Source: Mobula hypostoma
Lineage: Eukaryota
Length of the DNA: 64,000 bases
Assembly: GCF_963921235.1 (NCBI RefSeq)
Contig: NC_086097.1
Location: 45,882,001 to 45,946,000, forward strand
Direction of reading: 5' to 3'
Positions 1-13,524 of the stretch are shown here, piece after piece. A program made the translations under genes and the position numbers. Within the stretch, counting starts at the first letter, position 1, and the number at the start of each line of letters is the position of its first letter. The notes beneath the pieces are model-generated. The model had not been told where the DNA came from, ran no database searches, and saw only the letters and a program-made list of their open reading frames with translations.

Positions 1-260
1 TCGGGAAAGATGTCACGTAACCTAGAGTTGCATTGGAAGTGTCAGGGGAGTGGTAAGTGGGAAAGGATGGGCGAACCAGCATGCTAGAGTTGCCCCTGTG
101 CAGGAAGGTGTGAGATCATATTGTGAGTGGAGGAAATTTTGATGTAATGTGCTGAATGCATTGACCGGTGGGGTGAAAGGTGAGGACTAAGGCAACTCTA
201 TTGTTCCCTCCATGAGGAGGTGGGGTCAAGGCAGAAAAGTGGGGAATAGAGATGTAAATC
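1..260 (-). mobile_element. Probable decayed Penelope-like element body fragment
   Basis: Purine-rich sequence resembling the antisense of PLE 3' regions from memory; no intact ORF. Confidence 0.35.
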
Positions 261-304
261 AACTATAGTGTGCATTTTCAGGAAAAGGATTTCATTTTGG
301 ATAC

Positions 305-1090
305 CCTGGTTCAATTTAATATCAGAGAATGTATACAGTATACAACCTGAAATTGTTATTCTTCGCAGACACCCTCGAAACAGAAGAAAAACATTAGAAC
401 AGCAAAGTCTCCCCCTTCCCCTCCCACGCGCTACCAGCAGCAAAGCATCAACCATCGCCACTCATCCACCCCACTACTTCCAGCAAGAAGCATCAGTGCC
501 CACCAGCCACCAGGCAAGCAAAAGCAAAGCCCCCAAGAAGACCATGATCTGCAGTCCAACAGAAACATCAGTCACCAAACAGTTCAACATGCCACAGGCA
601 CTCTCTTACTAACAAGGGAGAGAGAAGTGTCACCCCTTGCACAGCGAGAGCGAAGATAAACAGATCGCTGTTTTGATGTTACAGTCTGATGTGACATTTA
701 TTCGAACTCTCCCTACTCTAGAACCAGCAGACTTGCCCCCCCATCCCCATCGAGAGAGAGAGACAGAGGTTGCTCAAGTGCAGAGGCCTCTGACAGCCGT
801 ACCCACAGTCTCGATGTTGCAATCTCCTGTGACGCTTCAGTTGGCGACACTGGCAAGGAATCGAGTCAATGAGTGCCACCTGAGGCTGCACCCCAAAAGT
901 GCATGTCTTTAAGTCTGCTCCTGGAGATACTGAAAATGGCCAGTTGGTGAGCTCTGGGTCCAGGAATGTACCACCATGAGTACAGCTGTAGATCACTGAC
1001 TCAGACATGACCCTAGTCGCCTTGAAAAGGAAAAAAGAGGAATTTAAGCTGATTCACAGATAAGCTTGAAGTTGTCGCTCTCCGGTGTCA
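305..1090 (-). repeat. Unclassified interspersed repeat, probably non-autonomous, with a LINE-like tail at the left end
   Basis: Starts ttcaatttaatatcagagaatgtatacag, like the antisense Rex-type tails elsewhere in the window; higher GC and CpG than flanks; ORFs are not protein-like. Confidence 0.3.
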
Positions 1091-1950
1091 TCTTAGTTCC
1101 TTCCCTCTTCTAGCCCTCAACTTGAGAAAGGATAGTGAAGAAAAAAATGACAGGAGGAGGTATAATCTAGTCCCTGGAGTTGTCGGATTTGAAGCAAATA
1201 TCTGTGTTAGGTCCAGTGATAATTTTTTGAAGGGAAGGCGGTGGATGTTGTCTACGTGGATTTTTAGTAAGTCATTTGACAAGATCCCACATGGGAGGTT
1301 GATCAGGAAGGTTCATTCGCCTGGCATTCAGGATGAGGTAGTAAATTGGATTAGACATTGGCTTTGTGGGAGAAGCCAGAGAGTGGTAGTAGATGACTGG
1401 AGGCCTTTGGCCAATAGTGTGCCACATTGATTGGTGCTGTTGCTGTTTTGTCACCTATGTCAACAATCTGAATGATAACATGGTTAACTGGATTAGCAAA
1501 TTTGTGGGTGAAATAGACAGCAAGGAAGACTATCAAACTTGCGGGATCCGGATCAGCTGGAAAAATGGGCTGAAATATGTCAGATGGAATTTAACGCAGA
1601 CAAGTGCAGGATGATGTGCTTCAGTAGGGCCAACCAGGGTAGTGAGGAAGTAGTGACAGTAATGTACTTTGTTGGTCATAGTGGTCTTGCACAGTGAACG
1701 GTAGAGCACTGAGAAATGTGGTAAAATGAAGGGATTTGGTTATACAGGTCCATAATTCGTTGAAAGTGATTGCAGAGGTAGGGAGACTTCCGGTAGAGCT
1801 CATGGAGTGAAGTCGTGCTCTTGACTCGCTCCATTACCTCTGAGCTTTATCCTATGATCAGTTACATTTAAGCTAACTTTTAAGGCACCAACTTTTACAA
1901 TACCTTGCAGCGGATTGCTATTATATATTTGGATGTTTTTAAGGTCCGCT

Positions 1951-2729
1951 ATGTCTAAGAACGGGAAAGACGGCAAACCTCCGGTTAGACCGAAAGTAAC
2001 CGACCCCCCCCCCCCCCCCGATTGAACCAGCGGTAACTATGCAAGCTATATCAGATCTGAAACTGTAGAAAATCATCGATGAAATTGATAAAATGAAAAC
2101 ATCTATCATGGAACATCAGACTGCTATATCTAATCTCCAAGTACCCACGCAACAGAATGAACTCAAGATGGGGAAAATTGAAGAAACCATTACTAGAATG
2201 AAGAAAAAAACTTGACTTTCTTACCTTTAAAAATTCTGATTTAGAATGCAGAATGCGACGTCAGAATAAAAGGATTATTGGTCTTCGTGAAGCTGCCGAA
2301 TCTGGTGACCCCATAAAGTTTTTCTCTCAACTTTATTTCCTGATCAACCACCATTATTGGATAGGGCTCGCAGAGTCCCATTATATTCGCCTAAGTCAGA
2401 TAAACCTCAGCATGTTATTCTACGATTTCATTATTTTCAAGACAAGGAGAAGCTGCTCTGCTTTGCTCGACCTAAAGTTTATATTGATTTCTCGGATCTC
2501 CGTTTTCGATTGGTGGAGGATTTTAGTTAACAGGTTCGTGATCAACGTGTCCGTTACAGATCTGTGATGTCGGAATCCTACAAGATGGATTTAAAACCAG
2601 TTTTGCTTTATCCCCGCATGTTTGAGGATTCGATTCTCTGATGGCTCTTCCCGTTTTTTCGACACTCCGTCGGAAGCCCAGAGTTACCTGGATCAATATT
2701 TGCCTTCAACATCCAAATCGCACTATTAA
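1951..2729 (+). pseudogene. L1 ORF1 remnant (coiled coil + RRM-type)
   Basis: ATG MSKNGKDGKPP; conserved L1 ORF1 motif LECRMRRQNKRIIGLRE and LDRA(R)R-like segment; several frameshifts. Confidence 0.75.
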
Positions 2730-3409
2730 ATCATCTCTGCTTGATCGGAGGCAGTTAATCTGTTGGGTTTAATTTCTTTCTTTTGCTCTACATGAGGGTA
2801 GAAGTTTTTTTTTTGGTTTAATTAATATGGTTGCCAAACTTTAACTGCGTCATTCCTTTCTTCTTCCCTGGGGATTCTGGGTGACCATTCCCACAGCATC
2901 ATTTTACGCACATCCCTGGAGGCCTTAAACTTTGTAGTTTTTAAATGTACTTCTTGTAGCTTTTTTGGCTAGTCTATGCTGATATCTCATTTTCTTGTTT
3001 AATTTTACGGTCTGTTGTAGGTTAACGGTTTTCTTTATATGTACCTGTTTTTTCTTCGTATTATATCGTTTTCGTTTTAATCGGTGTACTTTTTTTACTC
3101 CTTTACTGTTTTATAACTTTAGCTGATCTTTTTATATATGCACTTTTTTTTAGTGAGCTTCTATTGGAAGTCATGGGGGTAGATCTACTGCTTGCTTCTT
3201 TCTGGCTAGTCTATCTTAGATTTAGCTTTGGGGTTTTGGGGTGGGGGGCTTCACTTTTTAGTTTTTCTTTCTTCTTGGGCTACTTATATTATTGAAGTAT
3301 TTGTCGCGTTCTCTTTCTCGCTATCTCATGTTTATTCTGTTCCCTTTCTGGGTTCGTGGGTGGAACCTATTGTCAATCCTCCTTTATTTGAGGGTTGACT
3401 TTAGGGATT

Positions 3410-6400
3410 ATGAAGTCTACTGTTAATTTTGTCTCTTGGAATACTAACGGTCTTAATTATCCAATAAAAAGGAAAAAAATCTTTGAAGTATTCCGGAGAC
3501 TTAAAGCACATATTCTATTTTTACAAGAGACCCATGTGCGGAGGGGGGACAGATTACATTTTTTAAAGTTCTAGAAGGGACAACACTTTCATTCGAATTC
3601 CAACACTAAAATTCGAGGAGTTTCTATTTTTATAGATCCCTCAATCACTTTTGTGCAACACGATATTATTTCTGATCCGAGTGGTAGATTTCTATTGGTT
3701 AGTGGTTTACTCTTTAATAAAAAGGTAGTTTTGGTTAATGTCTATGCTCCAAACCTGGACTGTCCGGAATTTTGTAAATCATTATTTAACTTGTTCCCGA
3801 ATTTGAATGAGTTTTCACTAATCTGGGGCGGAGATCTTAATACTTGTTTATCCCCATTATTGGACCGTTCGGCTCCTTTACAGACTCTACCCAATAAATC
3901 CGCAACTTTGATTGATTCATTTCTCTCAGATTCTGGGTCGACGGACATTTGGCGACTTTTGCATCCCCAGGAAAAAGACTTCTCTTTTCACATGTTCATC
4001 ATTCCTATTCAAGAAATGTTTTTTTTTATTGATTCTCGTCTTATTTCTTCAGTGGTTAAATGTGAATATGACTCTATAACCATCTTGGATCATGCTCCAC
4101 TTCAGCTTTCTATTAAAATATTGGCCAATACACAAAATAATAGACAATGGCGTTTTAATTTGCTGTTGCTTCAGGACTTGGATTTTGTTAACTTCATGAA
4201 TGAACAGATCTCTTTTTTACAATTAACTGTACAGAGGATATATCCATGAACACCCTTTGGGATACTTTTAAAGCTTATATTTGTGGCCAGATCATCTCGT
4301 ACTCTGCTGCTCTGAGGAAAAGGTTGGAGGAGGAGGAGCTGGTTCTTGTGGACAAGATTAAGGAAATTGATATGCTACAGCTCCCTCTGAGAAGTTGTAT
4401 AAACAAAGAACTGAACTTCAAATGGAACACAGTTTATTACTTTCGTCCCCTATTACAAATCAATTAATGAAAACAAGAAGCGAATTTTATATATATAATG
4501 ACAAAGTTGGTAAACTGTTGGCTAATCAGTTGAAGACTAACTCTACTAAATTTCAAATTAATCAGATTTATAATCAAAAAGATCAACTGACATTTGATCA
4601 AGCTGAGATTAATCAATCCTTTTTTGACTTTTATTCTTTCTTGTATCAATCAGAGTCTCCACGAGATTCTAAACGTATGTGTGACTTTTTAGATAACCTA
4701 GATTTCCCAAAGAATTCACACCATATATGTTCTATGTTAGACACTTCCTTTACCACTGATGAGATTAAGAATGTTATTTTTTTCTATGAACCCGGGGAAA
4801 GCTCTTGGTCCTGATGGGTTTACTGTGGAATTTTATAAATTTTTTGCATCCTCATTAATCCCTTGGCTATTCAGGGTTCTCGAGACCTCATTAAAACTTG
4901 GTAAATTACCCGAATCCTTTTATAGAGCATCAATCTCTTTAATATTAAAGAAGGATAAAGACCCTGCTCAATGTGCATCTTATAGACCAATATCCTGTTA
5001 AATGTTGACTCTAAAATTTTTTCTAAATTATTAGCAAACAGATTAGAAAAAGCACTTCCTTATATTATCTTGGAAGACCAAACGGGATTTATTAAAAATC
5101 ATTATTCTTTTTATAATATTCGTACACTTTTAAACATTGTCTATACCCCGTCACAAAATGATCCTGAATGCGTCATTTCCCTAGACGCTGAAAAAGCCTT
5201 TGACAGGGTCGAATGGCCTTTCTTATTTAAGGTACTTGAAATGTTTAACTTCAGCCCGAAATTTATATCCTGGATCAAATTATTATATTGTTCTCCTATG
5301 GCCTCAGTTCGTACTAACTCTTTAAATTCACCTTTTTTTCCTCTTTTTCACAGTACCAGACAAGGTTGTCCTCTTAGTCCTTTATTATTTGATATTGCGT
5401 TAGAACCTCTTGCATTTGCTATTCGAGAATCTCCTAACATTATTGGTATAACTCGTGGTTTAAAGTCTCATAATGTATCACTTTATGCTGATGACTTACT
5501 TTTGTATATTTCTAATCCTCAAAAATCTATTCCTGCAGCTTTAGATTTATTAGCACAATTTAGTCTTTTTTCAGGTTATGTTAAATCTCAATAAGAGTGA
5601 ACTTTTCCGGATTAATAAACAAGTTCCCTTATATCAGAACCTGCCATTTAAATTGGTTAATAATCATTTTTCATATCTTGGGATTAAAATTACCTGTAAA
5701 CATAAGGATTTATTTAAGACTAATTTCCTACCCTTAATTGACCACATTACACAACTTTCATTTAAATGGTCTCCACTTTCTCTAACTTTGATTGCTCGTA
5801 TTAATGCTGTAAGATGTTTATTCTGCCAAAATTTTTATATATATTTCAGGCATTACCGATTTTTTTTCCAAAATCCTTTTTTGACAAAGTTAACTCTAAA
5901 ATACCTTCATTTATTTGGCAAAATAAAAACCCGAGACTGGGTAGAATACATCTACAGAAAGCTAAGAGAGATGGAGGTTTGGCATTACCTAATTTTAGAT
6001 TCTATTATTGGGCAATTAATATTCGACACATGAAATTTTGGTTACTTGACCAAGATACACTATCCATTCCTAAATGGGTAGCATTGGAATTACAATCTGG
6101 AATTACAATCTGCTCAAGGTTATGCACTTGGCTCCATTTTAGGTTCTTCTCTTCTCTTTCGATTTGAAACGCCATAAACAGGTTTGTAACCCGATAGTTA
6201 AACATACCTTACGCATTTGGTTTCAATTCCAAAAATTTTTCGATCTTAATCAATTTGGGCTAGCGATTCCTATTTTAGGCAACATATTCTTCCCTTCCTC
6301 CACTACGGACCGTGTCTTTCAAATTTGGAAGACCAATGCTATATCACGGTTTTTGGATTTATTTTTAGATGGCTCCCTTATGTCTTTCGAACAATTATCT

Positions 6401-7184
6401 AACAAATATAACTTACCAAGAATACACTTTTTTTTAGATATCTCCAAGTTAGAAATTTCCTAAGTACCATACTTTCTTCCTTTCCGGCGTTACCCCCTAC
6501 ATATATTTTAGATACTGTAATTAACCTTAACCCTTGTCAGAAAGGTGTAACGGCTATTATTTATAATGTCATCATGAAACTTAGGATAGCTCCATTCGAT
6601 AAGATTCGGTCCGATTGGGAAAAGGAATTGGGCTTTACTATTTTGGCGGATGACTGGGCGCATATCTTACAACTAGTCAATACTTCCTCTATCTGTTCCA
6701 AACATTCCCTAATTCAATTTAAAGTTGTTCATAGAGCACATATGTCTAAAGATAAATTAGCTCATTTTTATTCTCATATCAACCCTCTTTGTGATATATG
6801 TTATGGGGAGATAGCTTCTTTAACTCATATGTTTTGGTCCTGTCCTACTTTGGAAACTTTTTGGAAAGATATTTTTAATATTATCTCAAAGGTATTGAAT
6901 ACAGATATTTCTCCCCATCCTATTACTGCTGTCTCTGGATTACCTAAAACTTCCAGTAATCTTTCCCCTTCAGCCTGTAGAATGATTGCATTTCTTACTT
7001 TAATGGCGAAAAGATGTATTTTACAACATTGGAAGGAGGTTAATGCCCCAACTACATTTTTTTTTGGTTTTCTCAAATGATACTATGTTTAAATTTGGAA
7101 AAAATCAGAAGTAATCTTTATGATACTTCAGTTAAATTTGAACAGACCTGGAGATCTTTTATTCAACATTTTCATTTAATGTAA
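3410..7184 (+). pseudogene. L1 ORF2 remnant (APE endonuclease, RT, CCHC region)
   Basis: MKSTVNFVSWNTNGL, FLQETH, GGDLN, DHAP, GKALGPDGF, YRPIS, SLDAEKAFDRV, RQGCPLSPLLF, YADD, CxxC..HMFWSC; broken by stops and frameshifts. Confidence 0.95.
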
Positions 7185-8552
7185 CTTTTTTTTCTCTTTG
7201 ACCATATTTACATTCCCTTCTTGGTTTTTAACTGCTATAAATGGAGGTCGGGTTTGAGGACGTGATTGTTTAAGTTGTTTAAGTCTACTTGATACCTAGT
7301 TAGCCCATTGCTTTGCTTTTTAGGTTAGTTGCCTGGTGGTTTTTTTTGGGGTGGGTCTTTTTTTGGGTTTTTTCTTCTCTTCATTGATATATATGGAAAA
7401 TTAGTATACTATTATATTACTTTGTTATTATATAACTAAACTGCACTGTTTGTACTGCTTTTTTTATGTATTAATATCTCGTAAATTTATATCGTAACAG
7501 TGTATTAGTTTCTATATGTTTTACCTTTTGTGTACTAGTTCAATAAAAAGATTTAAAAAGAAAAAGTGATTGCAGAGGTAGATGGGGATGTAAAGAAAGC
7601 TTTTGGCACATTGACCTTCATTAATCAAAATATTGAGTACAGGAGATGTTTTCTGGAAGCTGTAAGAGATGTTGGCGAGACCTAATTTGGACTGTTGTTT
7701 GCAGTTTTGGTCATTTACCTACAGGAAAGATGTAAATAAGGTTGAAAGACTTGGAGGACCTGAGTTAAGGAAAGACTGAATAGGCTAGGACATTACTCCT
7801 TGGAATGTAGAAGTTTGAGAGGAGATTTGATAGAGGAATACAAAATTATGAGGGGTATAGATAAGGGTAAATATAAACTGGCTTTTTCCACTGAGGTTGT
7901 GTGGGACTACACCAAGATGGCATGGGTTAAGGGTGAAAGGTGGAATGTTTAAGGGGAATATGAGGGTAAACTTCTTCATTCAGAGAGTGGTGAGAGTGTG
8001 GAACAAGCTGTCAGCACAAGTGGTGTATTCAAGCCTGATTTCAACATTTAAGAAAAGTTTAGATAAGTACGTGGATGAGTGAGGTATGGAGTGCCATGTT
8101 TTGGGTGTAGATTGATGGAACTAGGCAGTTTAAATAGTTTGGCATGGATTAGATGGGCTGATGGACCTGTTTCTGTACTTTTCTATGACTGACTCCTAAG
8201 CTGGAGACAGAGATCAAATAGTCCAAGTCAGTTTTTGAGTGGGTTGAAAGTTGGTAGTGAAGTTGGCAAAGTTGATAAGTTCTGAACATGTAAAGGATGT
8301 ACTGGTAAAACATTCCTTTGGGCAAAGATTAATTTGCATATTTCAAGTGGTTGATCACCTGCTTCTATTCTGTTTTTGGTGACGATTTCAAATTGGTTAT
8401 ACGGTGATAGCTGTCCAGACCTTTTCACATGTTATAACTTTCTATGGCTCAGCAATTTATATTCAAAGAAAAACAGATGGGGCAGAATGCACTCCCAGAT
8501 TAGGAAACAAAGCAGTATTTCAGACAAAATGTTTCAGTATTTTTTTGCTCCC

Positions 8553-8826
8553 TAGGCCTCCTGTCCCATGATCCTCTCGTATCCCTTTTGCCAATCACCT
8601 GCCCAGCTCTTGGCTCCATCCCTCCCCCTCCTGTCTTCTCCTATCATTTCAGATCTCCCCCTCCCCCTCTCAAATCTCTTACTGTCTCTTCTTTCAGTTA
8701 GTCCTGACGAAGGGTCTCGGCCCAAAACGTCGACTGTACCTCTTCCTAGAGATGCTGCCTGGCCTGCTGCGTTCACCAGCAACTTTGATGTGTGTTGTTT
8801 GCATTTCCAGCATCTGCAGATTTCCT
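8553..8826 (+). mobile_element. Penelope-like element 3' end (pLTR) with a mutated hammerhead
   Basis: Pyrimidine-rich body; GTCCTGACGAAGGGTCTCGGCCCAAAACGTCGACT; tail GATGCTGCCTGGCCTGCTG..CCAGCATCTGCAG. Close paralog at 21184. Confidence 0.85.
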
Positions 8827-11800
8827 TGTGGTTACTGTTCAGTGGCATTGTTTTTCTGTGGTTTGACAAATGAGTGAAATTGAAGAATAATTAGCTGAGC
8901 TGTCCTTGAATATCAATAAGTGTGTTTCTTTTCTGAGTCTGAAATGGCATTTTGACAGGTGGGTGATCGTCAGTAATGAGAACATAATATAAACTGCCAA
9001 ACGTCTCAAGCACATTGATAGCATTGGATGAGTTCATTAGTTTATGCACTTGTTAAATTATTGGCAAAAAAATCTCCAATCTAAGTACATGACAAACACT
9101 TATCTCCTCAATATGTACTTGACTGCTTTCAGCTTCAGATACATTATATGAGAAATGTTCTTTACAATGTAGATGAGATGACCAACAGAAGTAAGATCTT
9201 GGGGAACTGCTACCAAATCAGTGGACCTAGAGGCTGTTGAGTGGTTCTATGATCTTGCTTTCCTTACTGTTTCTGCTGCTTAGCTTAATGTTCAGGAAGC
9301 TTTACCTTCTAAGAAATTGCACAGTGCATTCCAAAAAGGTGTATAAATGTTTCAATTTTAGCAAAGTAATCTCTCAATTTCCTGCTTGCCTGTGGGTATT
9401 TTTTTTTAGAGTGGAGCAATTCAGAGTCCTGTTCTGAGCTAATAGGGAACTTCGGGGCCCTTTTGTGTAGAGGAAATTATAAACTGTTAACAGTTCAACC
9501 CAGAAACAGTGGAATAATGTATGCAGTGTAAATTTATTGCCCAGTAATCCATTCGGTTGCCAATTTGAATAATTTCATAATGCCCTAAACATGGGAGAAC
9601 CACGAAGTTTGTCTTTTCAACAGTTTTTATTTAAACATGTGCTTTTTAAGATAATTCGTAAAAGCTAAGTTTTGTAGGCTCATGGACGATAGTTAAATGA
9701 TCTTGATGCATCTGGCTGTCCAGAAATTATGCTCAATTTTCCTAAAGCAGTCTTTAGGAGCAGGGCAATATTGTACACCTGAGCAAACATCCACTAATAA
9801 ACTACTTTTGTAATTATAATTTGATTGTTAAAGCGGTGAATAAAATCTGTAATATGCTGCTTGAATCAAAAATGTAGTTATTGAGAGTGTAATAATAATT
9901 CCAACCATGTTAATCTGTCAAGCACACAAACACTAAACGTTCCCTACATTTTAGGTAATGAAACATTTAGCTTGTTTTGATAGAAGTCAGTGAATGGCTC
10001 TGTGACGTTGATCCAGGCTAAATGGTTTACAGCCCATGCCAAAAGCTGGATGCCTTCAACATGAGTTGAGAAAAATGAGCACTGATTCTTCAAGGTAATT
10101 TTTGATTGAGGGAGGGTGGCAGCAGAGAGTGGAGGAGGTGATCTGGAAAGAAAAGTGTCATTTTATAACGGCAAGGATAATTGCTGATTTGCAGGGCCAT
10201 TTTTAACATAAAAAGGGAATATGAAGTGTTGATGCATCAACCTGAAATCAACAATATGGGGATGGGTTGGTGTGAGATTCAGTTTGTGGTTGAAAAATTA
10301 TTTATAACCTGCTACTTGAAATAATGACATCTGTTTTATTGTTTTTTTTAAATAAAGAATTGAAGTTATTTACTGTGGTAACTTTTCACAGCCTTTTAAC
10401 CATTTTTATTACTTAATGTGGTATTACTTGATCTGAATGTGTGATTCTGGTCTCTGCTCTATAAAGCATGTCCAATGTGGTTACACGCATTTGAAGAGAT
10501 CATATATGCAAGCAGATTGAACTGCATGTCCTTTAGTTTCCTTTAACCAGCTATATGCCAAACAGTGATTTTGAAGACAGTACACTTGGGACATTTAATT
10601 ATAATTTTATTATTTGTGAGTGTGTGTGATTCATTTTAATGAGTTCCTGAGCAAAGCTGGGTTAGTTGCTGCATTTAAAATCAATTTCTGTTGTAAATTG
10701 CCAGCTGCAGCAATCTTCTGTTTTTACTTCAAAGCCCAAGAGCATCATGTATAGTGAAGTAGTAAAGATAGTTAGTTATGCTGGTAATAAACTGCTAGTA
10801 AATATCATTACTCCTAATATTTATAGGAGATGATGGCTACTGTTGTTACTTTTGGATTTGCTTTAAGTCACTACCAATATATTAAAATATTATTGTACTG
10901 TATATTTCTGTGATCAGTGGTATCATCTCCATGAAATATCAAATAAATAAATTCATGCTGAGAATGCTAGAATAAAATATATTTTAATTAATTCTACAAT
11001 ATCTAGAAAGACTAATGTTGGCCTAATTCATAATCTACACAGTAGCAATGGCAGTAGAAATGTTTCACATTTTATTTTATGTATTCTAATTGTTTTATGT
11101 ATAATCCAGCATATAGCTTTTTTTTTATTTCAGACCAAGTTTTTTCATTACACTTTTAAGGTTAGTATTCAAGATTTTTTTTAAAAGCATAAAACATTAC
11201 TTTATTCATAAATCATTCCTCAACCAAAATGAAAAATTGCTTCTGGATTTGTTTGACATATTATTCTGTTTACTCAATTTGGGGTCAAATTTCACTTTCT
11301 ATGCTTCAAATTGCATTGGTATCGTTGCACAGAAATGAACTGCTTGAGCCAAATAGTCTATGTTGATCTTTATCCTTTTTAAATGCATCTACAAACACAC
11401 ATTATTATACCTATTCCATATTATAACTACCACAATTTTTTTTACTGCTTTATCTGTTAGAAATATCTTGCGAATTGCTGATTTGATATTTTGGTAACCG
11501 TCTAACTGATGGCCTCGAATGTTCTTTTCCCCAAAGAGTTCCTTGTCTACTCTTCCCTTATTCTTTAAGATTTATTTTCTTAGGAATAATTTGCCTTCTC
11601 ATTCTAAGGAAATCCAGTGCTAAGTTATCTATGCATACAGACATTTGGTTAGCTCATGCAATCTGCATGTGATTAATATTTTCATATAAGCTGTTGCAAT
11701 CTTTCTCCTTGTACCTTTCTCATAACAAATTTTAAAATTATTCTGCTCAATTTGAAATATTTCTGCGTGAAAAATTGCATGTACTTATCTGTAGCAAGGT

Positions 11801-13524
11801 GTAGTTAAATCGTGCATTATCTGTGTAAAATGCTTGATATTTGCAAAAATATTGCAAAATAAATTATTGTAAATCCACAATTGAGTTGTATTTGAAGGTA
11901 AACGGGAAAAATATTGTTACAAATGCTATGCATTTTGTATTCTATTATCTGTTATTAAATTCTGATACATAATGGATTTTATTTAGAATTTTGTTTAATA
12001 TAAAAACTATATTAAAAGTATATACATTTTGTTTAATACAAGTACCCAAATACCTCTTGGATAGTTGTTAAATTGATTACTTTGAGGGGGAAGATTTAAG
12101 TTGGACAATATTCAGATAGGACTTATGCATAAATTACCTATTTTCTGAATTCTTTTTCAGGAGTTACTTAGTTTTTATACTTAAAAATGCTCTGAAATAT
12201 CTTCCTGTGATTCAAATTTTTGCCCCATTAGTTTTGAGTTTAGTGATGGGTGGGTGGGGGGGGGGTGGTGGTAGAACAAAGATGCTGTTCTAGGACTGTT
12301 TACAAAATGTGTGGTTGTCACAGGGCAAATTTTCTTGTATCTGGTTTCTGTCAACTTTATTTTCCTTGTTCTTTTCTCATCTTCCAAATTGCTCTTAATT
12401 TGAGGATGATGGGTAACAGTTGACGTGAAAGAGAAGGGTTTGGGGTCAGGTCAGTGGCCAGGAAAGGGAATGGAAAGCTGGAAACTTGAGGTAAATTATG
12501 TATGAAAAAATAAAATGTGCTTAATTGAAAGATTATCCCCTATTAACTTTTTTTCGTAATCTTAAATTTGTGGAATTCCTCAGGTTCAAACCCTTTGCAG
12601 TTGAGCAATTTGAGTAAGATTTTGGAGTGTTTAGGAGTAATAGGAGTCCTTAGCCAATTCATTTGTTGTTGGAAAGATTACTTCTGGACTTGAAACTGAT
12701 TTAAATATGGGGTGATATTCCCAAAGGGGTTTGTGCCCTTTTTTTTTAAAAAAGAAAGAAGCCCTTCATGGAATATCCTCTGTGTGTTTGTCTGTTAATG
12801 TGATGGATTTTTGAAATGGATTTGGGTTTCTGATTTGAGAACTGTAGAAGGTGCAATGGGTAATACTGAGGAAACCTGAAAGGCAGCTATCAAAAGAGAT
12901 CAGTGCCCGTTGGATGTTGGAAGTAAATAGTTTCTTCATTTCTGCTCTTTCTTTGTAACAGGCTCGGGAAGTGGGAGTGGGTCTGGGAGGTACATTAGTA
13001 AGAGAAGCTGGATGACTTGCTCCACAGTGCCACCAGTGGAGGCAAGACTGAAAAGCAGGTAATTGAGCCATTAAATAAAAGTCAAGCAGCAAGAGATTAT
13101 TTAAAAAAAAACAACCCTGGGGTATGTAGAAAATTGCAGCAAGATTAACTAAGGAACATGTTGAATATTTTAGTTGTATCTAACTGATATTTTAGTGTGG
13201 CTTTGTTTGATTTTAAAATGTGATTGTCATTTGCAGAATGTGTGTGAGGTAATAGGAAGTTTAAAGAGTTTCAATATTACATGGTAAATGAAATTCACAT
13301 TTATTTCATTGTAATGTGCTGAATTTGACTTAAGATATGGTCACCTGCTTGTGAAATGTGCATGCAGAATTTCTGGTAAAATCCTTCTAGATTATCACAG
13401 TTCAGTTATAAGCCAACCACGATGTTTCTGATATATTTATGTAGTGAACAGTGAGATTGCATTGCCCCATGTACAATAAACTACTTCGGTGTGAACCAGG
13501 AATTAAACCTTGACAAAGAATTGG

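Larger units (their letters stand above)
1782..7562 (+). mobile_element. Full-length, inactivated L1-clade LINE (about 5.8 kb)
   Basis: Exact 19-bp TSD AAAGTGATTGCAGAGGTAG at 1763-1781 and 7563-7581; 5' end GGAGACTTCCGGT; ORF1 and ORF2 remnants; AATAAA at 7542 followed by an A-rich tail. Confidence 0.95.
1227..8192 (+). mobile_element. CR1 LINE 3' fragment split by the L1 insertion (1227-1781 and 7563-8192)
   Basis: RT remnant DVVYVDFSKSFDKIPHGRL at about 1244. Sequence resumes after the L1 (GHGLRVKG-like, FFIQRVVRVWNKL) and ends in a CR1 tail gggctgatggacctgtttctgt..ctatgact. Confidence 0.85.

Noticed and set aside
198..1008. Several 87-114 aa ORFs at the window start
   Set aside because: Low-complexity translations of repeat sequence with no splice or homology support.
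2003..2019. Long C/G homopolymers (also about 16449, 18463, 26678, 29824) as functional G-quadruplexes
   Set aside because: Mostly inside TEs and prone to slippage or assembly error; no evidence of function.
3410..7184. Active L1 ORF2 with only sequencing errors
   Set aside because: Real in-frame stops (e.g. TAG at 3572), small deletions and a 13-bp duplication occur outside homopolymers.
10826..10930. C/D box snoRNA
   Set aside because: C box imperfect (ATGATGG) and buried in the stem; no terminal CTGA D box.
13330..13380. TGGTCACCT (WSP) as a candidate for the upstream ELM2 exon (GMLVWSP)
   Set aside because: In-frame TGA four codons upstream and no other similarity. I found no such exon in 1-31594, so the intron appears to exceed 31 kb.
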